Shown here piece after piece: positions 35,803 through 45,100 of a stretch of DNA of 64,000 bases (positions are counted from its first letter, which is position 1; every line of letters starts with the position of its first letter). Source of the stretch: a virus (taxonomy: Duplodnaviria > Caudoviricetes); the IMG/VR virus record IMGVR_UViG_3300042402_003952; one strand, given 5' to 3'. Under the pieces are notes generated by a model that saw nothing but the letters and a program-made list of their open reading frames with translations, searched no databases and was not told the DNA's origin. A program made the translations under genes and the position numbers.

Positions 35803-36456
35803 ATGAAATCAGATTTTTATATAGATAGAGTAGGTAAGGAAGAAATCAAAGAACTTCTTTATACCTACCATTATCTTAAAGACGAATCAAAGGACTTCAA
35901 ATCGCATTATAACTATGGCCTTTTCAGATCCTCGGTTTCTGATATTTTGCGCGTTGGTGGTTGCTTGGGCAGTTGTATCTTCACTGGTTTACCCGTCCCA
36001 GAAATAGCCGTAGGTGCTTTTGGATTAGAAAGAAATCAACAAGAAGGAATATACGAACTCTCAAGACTTTGTATACATCCAGAAGTCCAGAAAGAAGAGT
36101 ATAATATCACATCTTGGTTCGTCAGTCGTTGTATAAGGAGATTTAGAAAAGATGCCCGCGTTTCTTGTATTCTTAGCTACGCTGATGCTAATCACCACCT
36201 TGGAACTATATACAGAGCTTGCAATTTTACTTATCACGGTCTAACAGATAAGAAATCTGACTTTTGGATTAAGCAACCAAATGGATCATTTATCAAACAC
36301 TCAAGAGGTCCTATCAAAGGATTAGAAGGTGAGTGGAGAGAAAGAAGTAGAAAACACAGATACTTGATGATATTTGATAAGGAACTAAAGAAAAAGTTGA
36401 CATGGGAAGAGCAGAAGTGGTATAATAATCAAGACGATACTGAATCGTTACAGTGA
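35803..36456 (+). CDS. Mom-like GNAT DNA base-modification enzyme
   Basis: YHYL, YGLF, ELSRLC, SWFVSRC.R, ILSYAD...HLGTIYRACNF.Y.G and terminal KHRY motifs. Confidence 0.7.
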   Translation: MKSDFYIDRVGKEEIKELLYTYHYLKDESKDFKSHYNYGLFRSSVSDILRVGGCLGSCIFTGLPVPEIAVGAFGLERNQQEGIYELSRLCIHPEVQKEEYNITSWFVSRCIRRFRKDARVSCILSYADANHHLGTIYRACNFTYHGLTDKKSDFWIKQPNGSFIKHSRGPIKGLEGEWRERSRKHRYLMIFDKELKKKLTWEEQKWYNNQDDTESLQ

Positions 36457-36473
36457 CCCAAAAAGTGTGACTT

Positions 36474-36501
36474 GAGAACCTCCCTTGTGGAGGTTTTCTT
36501 G
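36474..36501 (+). terminator. probable intrinsic terminator
   Basis: AACCTCC...GGAGGTT stem followed by Ts. Confidence 0.7.
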
Positions 36502-36532
36502 TATGATAAATACCTAAAAAGTATCTGAAAAG

Positions 36533-37807
36533 ATGGGTATTCAAATAAACGGAACTACCGATACTATTTCTGCAACTGATGGTGGTTTGGTTGTTTCTGG
36601 ACAACAACTGACTGGAGTAACCAATCTTCAGATTAGTGGTATTACTACAGTTGGTGCTGGATCAACTAGTGCTCCATCAATAACTCCAACAGGAGACAGT
36701 AATACCGGAATATTCTTTCCTACTGCTGATACCATTGCATTTGTTGAAGGTGGCGTAGAGTCCGCAAGGTTTGATAGTAATGGTAGATTTGGCTTGGGAA
36801 CTTCTGCGCCTAGCGCAACCTTGGATGTTGTCGCCCCTGCTGGACCTGGTGCCACAAACTTCCGATTTGCTGCTCCAGACAACCACATTCTTAGCTTGCA
36901 ACGCATTGCTCCTGCTGCAAGCCCAGGTAATTTAAATTTCCAAGTGTCTACGTTTGGCGCTGGAAATATCAATGCCGATAACACTCTGACACTTCAATCT
37001 GGCACTAATACTTCGATTGTTTTTAATACCTCTGGAGCAAACGAACGCGCCCGCCTCGACAGCTCCGGCAGATTGTTGGTTGGCGCATCTTCGAGTCGTG
37101 CTGTTTCAGACTCTTCAGGAAACGGTCCTCAAGGGCACATACAAATCGAATCTGCAAATAGTGGCGCACTAATAAGCATCATCTCGGCTGGCACGGCTGA
37201 TGCTTTCCGCGCTGGAACTTTAAGTCTCGGACGACACAGAAACTCCACAGTAGGCGGCACACCAACAGTAGTTCAAAGCGGAGATACTTTGGGCGCTATT
37301 TGCTTTGCGGGCGGAGATGGAACCGACATGCTCGCAAATGGCGCGTCTATTGTTTGCCAGGTAGACGGCACCCCCGGCGCTGACGACATGCCGGGCAGGC
37401 TTGTTTTTTCTACGACGGCCGACGGAGCAAGTCTTCCTACAGAGCGGATGAGAATCGCTCAAAATGGTGTTATTACTATTCAAAATGGTGCTGTTGCTGT
37501 TATTGGTACATTGACTGATGGCGCAACAATTACACCAGATTTTGCTGCAGATTGTAATTTCACCGTTACGTTGGGTGGATCACGTACAATTGCTAATCCA
37601 ACCAACATTACCGCCGGACAAAGTGGTAGTATTTTTATTGTCCAAGATGGAACAGGAAGTCGAACGTTGTCTTGGGGTAGTTCCTGGGATTTCCCTGGCG
37701 GCACTGCACCAACCTTAACGACAACTGCTAATGCTGTAGATCGTGTCGATTATGTTGTTCGCACCTCTACTTCTATCCATACCGTTTTTACTGCAAACTA
37801 CTCATGA
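36533..37807 (+). CDS. tail fibre protein
   Basis: GDSNTGIFFP, ERARLDSSGRLLVG, TERMRI fibre repeats; C-terminal DF...NF.VTL domain. Confidence 0.8.
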   Translation: MGIQINGTTDTISATDGGLVVSGQQLTGVTNLQISGITTVGAGSTSAPSITPTGDSNTGIFFPTADTIAFVEGGVESARFDSNGRFGLGTSAPSATLDVVAPAGPGATNFRFAAPDNHILSLQRIAPAASPGNLNFQVSTFGAGNINADNTLTLQSGTNTSIVFNTSGANERARLDSSGRLLVGASSSRAVSDSSGNGPQGHIQIESANSGALISIISAGTADAFRAGTLSLGRHRNSTVGGTPTVVQSGDTLGAICFAGGDGTDMLANGASIVCQVDGTPGADDMPGRLVFSTTADGASLPTERMRIAQNGVITIQNGAVAVIGTLTDGATITPDFAADCNFTVTLGGSRTIANPTNITAGQSGSIFIVQDGTGSRTLSWGSSWDFPGGTAPTLTTTANAVDRVDYVVRTSTSIHTVFTANYS

Positions 37808-40194
37808 GTATCTTTCATAACAACAGTCTTATTGGATCCAGTGGTCAAGGTGGATATACTATTTCTAGAAGCCTGCGGTTCAACTCAGCCGACTCGGCTT
37901 TTCTCAGCCGCACCCCCGCATCAGCCGGCAACCGCAAGACGTGGACCTGGGCGGGGTGGATGAAGCGGTCCAGCTTTGCCACCTTTCAGATGATTTTCCA
38001 GGCTGGAAACGTAAACGCCAGCGAAATATTCCTGTATTTTATTGATGGCACTCTGCGTCTTTATCAGGACACCTCAAGCAGCGTCAATTTCAGCGTTGCG
38101 ACCACAGGCGATCTGAGAGATCCTTCCGCGTGGTATCACTTTGTTATTGCAGTTGACACAACGCAAGCGACCTCCACGAACAGGGTCAAGCTCTACGTGA
38201 ATGGCGTTGATCGGACGAACACTGCCGACACGTTCCCCTCACTGAACCTGGACACCTACATCAACTCCACGCAGCAGCATTTCATTGGGACTCGCGTCGC
38301 CCAGATTCAGTACCTCGGTGCTTACCTTGCCGACATACACTTCATCGACGGCCAAGCGCTAACCCCCACCAGCTTCGGTGAGTTCTCCGCCACCACCGGC
38401 GTGTGGGTGCCGAAGGCGTATACCGGCACCTATGGCACCAATGGGTTCCGCCTGACCTTCGCGGACAACTCCGCAGCCACGGCCACCACGCTGGGCAAGG
38501 ATGCCGCTGGCAGCAACAACTGGACGCCGAACAACCTATCCGTCACCGCTGGTGCAGGCAACGACAGCCTCGTAGACGTTCCCGTCAACGGCAGCGAGGT
38601 TGATACTGGACTCGGGGCGCAGGTGCGGGGGAATTACTGCACGTTGAATCCCTTGGACAGAGGGACGGCCGGGGCCGTAGGTATTGTTTTATCCAACGGA
38701 AATCTTAACGCTGTTACTCCTTCTGATGCAATTACGAGTGTACGTGGAACAATAGGTGTTTCATCCGGCAAGTGGTATTGGGAAGTAACACCAACTGTTG
38801 ATGGAAGCACGGCGATGATTGGAGTTGGACTGATTTCTGCCAACTTGAATAGCTATGCAGGCGTAAACGCAAGTTCTTGGGGGTATTACGCCGATGGTAA
38901 TAAGTACTTTCAAAACATTAGTTCATCCTACGGATCTGCTTATGGTAATGGCGACGTAATTGGCGTCGCGCTAGATGTGGATTCTGGAGCTCTGACATTC
39001 TATAAGAATGGAGTTAGTCAAGGGCAGGCTTTTACTGGGCTTAGTGGAACTTTATTCCCAATGCTAGGCGATGGTGGTACAATTGCTGCAGTTGCATTAA
39101 CCGCCAACTTCGGCCAACGCCCATTCGCCTACACCGCCCCCAGCGGCTTCAAGGCGCTCTGCACGGCAAACCTGCCCGCACCGACGATTACACAGCCATC
39201 CACGGTGATGGATGTGAAGCTCTGGACGGGGAATGGCAGCACGCAGACTATTTCGGGATTGGGGTTTAGCCCGGACTTTGTGTGGCTAAAGGGGAGAAGT
39301 GTACCCTATCCACATGGCCTGCATGATACCGTTCGCGGAGTAAACAGATTCCTAATCTCATCAACAACAGATGCCGAGATAGTCAACGAGCAAGATGGCT
39401 TTATATCTGCGTTTACTTCAGATGGTTTTACGATCTCTCCGGGAAGCAGGTCTTCTGCCACTTTTAATCAGAACAGCGCTACCTATGCAGGCTGGTGCTG
39501 GGACGCCGGCAGCTCCACCGTCACGAACACACAAGGCTCCATCTCTAGTCAGGTGAGGGCTAATGCAAGTGCGGGGTTCTCTATTGTTAAATGGAACGGA
39601 ACCAGTGCGAACGCCACTATAGGTCACGGACTTGGGATCGCTCCGCAGTTGATTATTCGTAAATATACAAATGATACTGACGACTGGTACACCTACCATG
39701 TAAGCGCCGGCACCAATAAATACTTCAGCCTCAACCGAACCACGGAAGCGCTAACAAGCACGAGTATTTGGCAGAATACAGCTCCGACATCCTCCATTTT
39801 CTATATCGGTGGCGGCAATAACAATAGCAATTCGATTGCTTACTGCTTCGCCCCAGTAGCCGGGTACAGCGCGTTCGGCAGCTACACCGGCAACGGCAGC
39901 ACGGATGGTCCGTTTGTTTATACAGGGTTTAGGCCGAGGTGGGTGATGATTAAACGCTCAGATAACGTAGGAAGTTGGGGCATTCTTGATACTGCTAGAA
40001 ATACTTTTAACGTTCAAGATAAATTACTCTGGTCAAACCTGTCAGACGCTGAAGGCACATTCACTATTTTTGATGTTCTTTCCAATGGTTTCAAGCTCAG
40101 GGAATCAACTAACGGATACAACACGTCTGGTGGCACCTACATCTACGCCGCCTTCGCAGAGTCGCCGTTTGGCCTCAACAACCGCGCCCGCTAG
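37804..40194 (+). CDS. tail fibre / receptor-binding protein with LamG-like and SPRY domains
   Basis: SRSLRFN, RDPSAWYH (LamG-like), SSGKWYWEV...IGVALD (SPRY), GFSPDFVWLK. Confidence 0.8.
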   Translation: MSIFHNNSLIGSSGQGGYTISRSLRFNSADSAFLSRTPASAGNRKTWTWAGWMKRSSFATFQMIFQAGNVNASEIFLYFIDGTLRLYQDTSSSVNFSVATTGDLRDPSAWYHFVIAVDTTQATSTNRVKLYVNGVDRTNTADTFPSLNLDTYINSTQQHFIGTRVAQIQYLGAYLADIHFIDGQALTPTSFGEFSATTGVWVPKAYTGTYGTNGFRLTFADNSAATATTLGKDAAGSNNWTPNNLSVTAGAGNDSLVDVPVNGSEVDTGLGAQVRGNYCTLNPLDRGTAGAVGIVLSNGNLNAVTPSDAITSVRGTIGVSSGKWYWEVTPTVDGSTAMIGVGLISANLNSYAGVNASSWGYYADGNKYFQNISSSYGSAYGNGDVIGVALDVDSGALTFYKNGVSQGQAFTGLSGTLFPMLGDGGTIAAVALTANFGQRPFAYTAPSGFKALCTANLPAPTITQPSTVMDVKLWTGNGSTQTISGLGFSPDFVWLKGRSVPYPHGLHDTVRGVNRFLISSTTDAEIVNEQDGFISAFTSDGFTISPGSRSSATFNQNSATYAGWCWDAGSSTVTNTQGSISSQVRANASAGFSIVKWNGTSANATIGHGLGIAPQLIIRKYTNDTDDWYTYHVSAGTNKYFSLNRTTEALTSTSIWQNTAPTSSIFYIGGGNNNSNSIAYCFAPVAGYSAFGSYTGNGSTDGPFVYTGFRPRWVMIKRSDNVGSWGILDTARNTFNVQDKLLWSNLSDAEGTFTIFDVLSNGFKLRESTNGYNTSGGTYIYAAFAESPFGLNNRAR

Positions 40195-40265
40195 TGCTCG
40201 TTAACCCGTCCTCGTAGTGAGCAACAATATAATGTTATCATAAATACTCATAAAACTATAAATCA

Positions 40266-40757
40266 ATGTTTATATTAGAAGGAAAACCATTAGCATTGGA
40301 TACTCCATTTACGACTTCAGATGGAACGCAATATCCAGCAAATTGGTTAAGGTTATCTTCACTCGAAGAAAAAGAAGCAATTGGTATCACAGAACAAGCA
40401 GATTCTCCAGTTTGGGACCAAAGATATTATTGGGGATATGATGCTGATGGTAATCTAATTCCCAAGCAACTTGAAGATGAAGTAGTGACGCCAGAAGGTG
40501 GAGAACCATATACTCAAACGGGACTTAAGACACTTCATATTCAGCAGACAAAAGAAACAGCAAATAAACTTCTTTTACCAACTGATTGGTATATTGTAAG
40601 AAAATTTGAAAGAAATATTAATATTCCTACTGATGTTGCAGAGTATCGTGCAGAAGTAATTGCAGTTTCAGAACAAAGAGAAACTTTAATTTCTTCAGTA
40701 ACAGCAGTACAAGATTTGGAAAATTTAATTCTTCCCGATTGGCCACGATTTAATTGA
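40266..40757 (+). CDS. putative tail-fibre assembly chaperone
   Basis: QYPANWL, TDWYIVRK.E, YR..V, terminal WP; follows the fibre gene. Confidence 0.55.
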   Translation: MFILEGKPLALDTPFTTSDGTQYPANWLRLSSLEEKEAIGITEQADSPVWDQRYYWGYDADGNLIPKQLEDEVVTPEGGEPYTQTGLKTLHIQQTKETANKLLLPTDWYIVRKFERNINIPTDVAEYRAEVIAVSEQRETLISSVTAVQDLENLILPDWPRFN

Positions 40758-40787
40758 TATATAAATACTCCAAATTGATTTTTAGTT

Positions 40788-40988
40788 ATGACTGAACAAC
40801 AAGAACATTTATCACAAGTCATTGAGCAACAAAAACAAGTCATCAATGACATCAACAATTTGAATACTCAACTAAATGTAAAAAAAGAACTCCTATATAA
40901 ACTTCAAGGAGTGATTGAATACCTAGAACAAGTAGGAGTTTCTCTTCCTCAAGAAGAAACTCCAGAAGAAGAAACAGAAGAATCATAA
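40788..40988 (+). CDS. small coiled-coil protein, paralog of 56922..57152
   Basis: MT.QQ.HL.QV.EQQ...KLQGV.EYLEQ.GV.LP in both. Confidence 0.75.
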   Translation: MTEQQEHLSQVIEQQKQVINDINNLNTQLNVKKELLYKLQGVIEYLEQVGVSLPQEETPEEETEES

Positions 40989-41001
40989 ATAGTTGCACCT
41001 T

Positions 41002-41086
41002 AATTGACTCGCAATCTATAAGGTAAGAAAGGAAGCAGAAATGCTTCCTTTTCTGCTATAATACTAAATAATGATGCGAGTCAATT
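41002..41086 (+). promoter_or_regulatory. hairpin enclosing a terminator-like stem and late promoter upstream of the HNH gene
   Basis: AATTGACTCGCA (41002-41013) / TGCGAGTCAATT (41075-41086); inner AAGGAAGCA/TGCTTCCTT stem; CTAAATA. Confidence 0.7.
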
Positions 41087-41095
41087 TAAGTTTCA

Positions 41096-42073
41096 ATGAA
41101 CTATCTAAAAATTTATTGTAACCTCATAAGAAAGCTGAAAAAAAGAGGTTATACTAAAAAGAAAGCAAAAGAACTTGGAGTGTATGTAGAAGGACATCAT
41201 ACATTTCCTGTGAGCATCTTTGGTAAAAATAAAGGAATTGTTTATTTGACAGCAAGAGAGCATTATATTGCTCATGCACTTTTGGAAAAAATTTGTATGC
41301 AAAGATATGGGTTGATTCATTGGAAAACTAAAAAGATGACAAATGCTCATATTATTATGGGTGGTAGAGGTAAATATTGCAATTCTTATCTTTATGAAGA
41401 ATCTAGAAAAAGATATAGTAGAGATAGGTCTGGTGTTCCTATGAAAGAATCTAGTAAAATTAAGTTAAGAAATTATAGACTTGGAGCAAAACAATCTGTG
41501 GAATCTATAGAGAGAAGAAGACAAAAAAATATCGGCAAAAAAAGGACGGAAGATCAAAAATCAAGAATGTCTAAAGCGCAGAAAGGACTGAAGAAGTGTT
41601 TATTGAAAGTTGAAGAATTAGAATTTAAAAATAAATTTATTGATACAGTAGAAACTTCAAAAACCAAAAAAGAAATTATAGTTAAATTGGGAATGAACCC
41701 AAACAATGGAAGTTCTTTTGAGTCTATTGATAAGTGGTGTAACTTTTTGAATTTAGATACAACTCACTTAATTGGTGCTGGTATTAATAAAGATAAAAAA
41801 CACACCGAAGAAACCAGAGAAAGAATGGTAATTTCGAGAAGGGGTAAATTAAAAAGTGAAGAACATAAAAAGAGTATAAAATTATCAAATTGCAAATACG
41901 TTTATACATTTACTTCTCCACAAGGAATTATATTAGAAACAGTATTGTATACTGATTTTTGTGAGGAAAATGATTTGAATAAATGTAAAATAAGAGAAGT
42001 TGCAAGAGGTGTCAGAACTCATCATAAAGGTTGGAGAGTTACGAGAAGACTAATAACTAAAGACGATAAATAA
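41096..42073 (+). CDS. free-standing HNH homing endonuclease with NUMOD3-like repeats (Mob-like)
   Basis: EGHHTFP...LTAREHYIAH; KKRTEDQK.RMS, KKHTEETRERM, KSEEHKKSI repeats. Confidence 0.87.
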   Translation: MNYLKIYCNLIRKLKKRGYTKKKAKELGVYVEGHHTFPVSIFGKNKGIVYLTAREHYIAHALLEKICMQRYGLIHWKTKKMTNAHIIMGGRGKYCNSYLYEESRKRYSRDRSGVPMKESSKIKLRNYRLGAKQSVESIERRRQKNIGKKRTEDQKSRMSKAQKGLKKCLLKVEELEFKNKFIDTVETSKTKKEIIVKLGMNPNNGSSFESIDKWCNFLNLDTTHLIGAGINKDKKHTEETRERMVISRRGKLKSEEHKKSIKLSNCKYVYTFTSPQGIILETVLYTDFCEENDLNKCKIREVARGVRTHHKGWRVTRRLITKDDK

Positions 42074-42101
42074 TTCATAACGGAATTTATAAGTTAATAA
42101 A

Positions 42102-45100
42102 ATGGGTCTTTCCAGATTATCAAATTTTTTGCGTAATACTAGAGGTGAGATTTTATATGTAGATCCTTCAAGTGCTGATTCTACAGATTCAGTAGAAAAT
42201 CGTGGAAACAGTTTAACCCGCCCATTTAAGACAATTCAACGTGCATTAATTGAAGCATCAAGATTTTCATATCAACGTGGATTAGATAATGATAGATTTG
42301 GCAAGACCACTATTATGGTCTATCCAGGTGAGCATGTTATTGATAATCGTCCTGGATGGATTCCTTCAGATCCTAATGGTGGAACATTTAAATCAAGATC
42401 AGGAGAAACTGTAACTGATTTCCAACCTTTTGATCTAACCACAAACTTTGATATTAATTCAGACAGCAATATCCTCTATAAGTTTAATAGTGTTCACGGT
42501 GGTGTGATTATTCCTCGTGGTACTTCATTAGTTGGTGTTGACTTAAGAAAGACCAAGATTCGTCCAAAGTATGTCCCAGATCCACAAAACTCTAATATTG
42601 ATAGATCTGCAATCTTTAGAGTAACTGGTATTTGTTATTTCTGGCAGTTCAGTATTCTGGATGCTGATCCAAATGGAACTTGTTATAAGGATTACACCTC
42701 AAATGCATATGTTCCTAATTTCTCTCACCATAAACTTACTGCATTTGAATATGCAGATGGAGTAAACAACATTGATATTGATGATGCATTCTTAAATTAT
42801 TCTACAGACAAAACTGATCTTGATGTTTATTATGAAAAGATTGGTATTGCTTATGGTCCTTCAAGCGGAAGAGAGATTCCACCCGAAGTTACAGGATCTC
42901 CACTAGATATTCAACCAAAGATTGATGAATATCGTATTGTTGGATCAACTGGCGGAAACGTAGGAATCACAAGTATTAAGGCAGGTGATGGTGTTGTAGC
43001 AACAAACGTTATTACTGTAACTTTAGAAGCAAATGCCCTAGGTCTTGATGTAGATACGCCAATTAGTATTGAAGGTATATCTGCTGCTGGTTATGATGGA
43101 CAGTTTGTAGTTAGTGAAGTTCTAAGTTCAACACAAATTAAATATCAAGTATCAAATCCACCAGTTAATGCACTTCCATCTGCAACTGGATCTAATCTTA
43201 GCATTACAACTGATACTGTAACTTCCGCATCTCCATACATCTTTAACATCTCTATGCGTTCCGTTTATGGAATGTGTGGACTACATGCTGATGGAAGTAA
43301 AGCATCAGGATTCAAGAGTATGGTTGTTGCTCAGTTCACTGGTATTGGACTGCAAAAAGACGATAATGCTTTCGTAAAATATAACACTTCTACGGGATTA
43401 TTTGAAGATAACACTGTAAGTGGAAACGAAAATATTCATAGTGATTCAAGAGCAAGATTTAAACCTGTATATGAAAACTATCACATTAAGGCTTCTAATG
43501 AAGCATTTATTCAGGTAGTTTCTGTTTTTGCGATTGGTTATGCACTTCACTTCGTTGCAGAGACTGGTGGAGACTTATCAATTACAAACTCCAACTCAAA
43601 CTTTGGTGCTAAGTCACTTGCTGCATCTGGATTTAGAACCACAGCATTTCCAAGAGATGATGTTGGTTACATCACTCACTTTATTCCTCCAAAAGAATTT
43701 GATACTACAGAGACAACACTTGAATTTACTGCAATTGATGTAAGTAGAACTGTTGGAATTGCATCAACGAATCGTCTTTATCTTTATAATGAAACTAATG
43801 CATCAATTCCACCTGACAACGTTATTGAAGGATATAGAATTGGTGCTAAATTCAATGATAAACTAAATGTTCTTTTATCGCAAAGTGGCATCACAACTCA
43901 GTACTCGGCAAGAATTATTATGCCAAGTACTCAATTTACTGGTAATGAACTAACTTCAGAGAAATCATATCGCGTTAATATTTCTGGAAGTTCAAATGCA
44001 ATCTCAAGTAATATCATTACGCTGACAACAAATCATTCTTTAACTGATGGAGAAACTGTAAGAGTCATTAGTAGTAATGGACATCTTCCTGATGGACTTT
44101 CTCCAAATCAAGTTTATTATGCAATTACGACTGGAGTTTCTGGAAATCAACTGAAACTAGCACAAACTCTTAATGATGCACTTGATGGATCTGAAGTTAC
44201 TCTGAATAATAAAGGTGGTCTATTAACGATTGTCAGTAGAGTTTCTGATAAGAATTCTGGTGATATTGGACATCCAATTCAATATGATTCAACCAACGGT
44301 CAATGGTATTTGAATGTTGGAACTGCATCTACTGATAATAGCCTCTATTCAGCACTTGTTGGATTTGGAACTGCAGTTCTTGGTACAGCAACTCCAAGAA
44401 CATTTATTACTCGTAGATCTGATGTTCGTGCATTAAATGACTCAATCTATAGAATTCGTTATGTCATTCCAAAGGATTCTGCAACAACTGCAAGACCTCC
44501 ATCTGATGGATTTATCATTCAAGAATCAGGATCAGCACTTGGAACTACGGATACTGAAGTTGCTTATCAGTTCAATCCATCAACAGCAACTCTTGCAAAT
44601 GTAACAAATCTAAGAAATCAAAGAGTTGTTGCAAATGCAAGTTGGGATGGAACAAGTGTAAATGTTATCACAGAACTTCCACATAATTTAACTGTTGGTT
44701 CTGAAGTTAATCTTGTAAACGTAACTAGTACTGGCAATCTTGCTGGTGCTGCAAACTCCGCATATAATGGAACATTTACAATTACTGGAATTAGCAGTTC
44801 AAAGCATTTCAGTTATGCATTGAGTTCAAATCCAGGAACCTTTACAAATAATATTACAAATCGTACAACATCACTTCCATATTTCCAAAGGAAGAAGTAC
44901 AATAACACTTTCTTAGTCTATAGAACACAGGAAGTTCAGAAATATATTAAGAATGAACAAGATGGTGTTTATCACTTAACTTTAATCAACTCATCTAACT
45001 CACCTAACGTATCCCCTTTCAACAACCTTAGATTCCTTCAACCAGTAACAAATCTTTATTCACAAGTTAATAGAGACAATCCAAATTCAGATCCAGAACC

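Noticed and set aside
40205-40236. Second recombinase or dif-like site after the 37804 fibre gene
   Set aside because: TAGTG and TTATCA are present but spacing differs and the arms are not complementary; CATAAATA there is explained as a late promoter.
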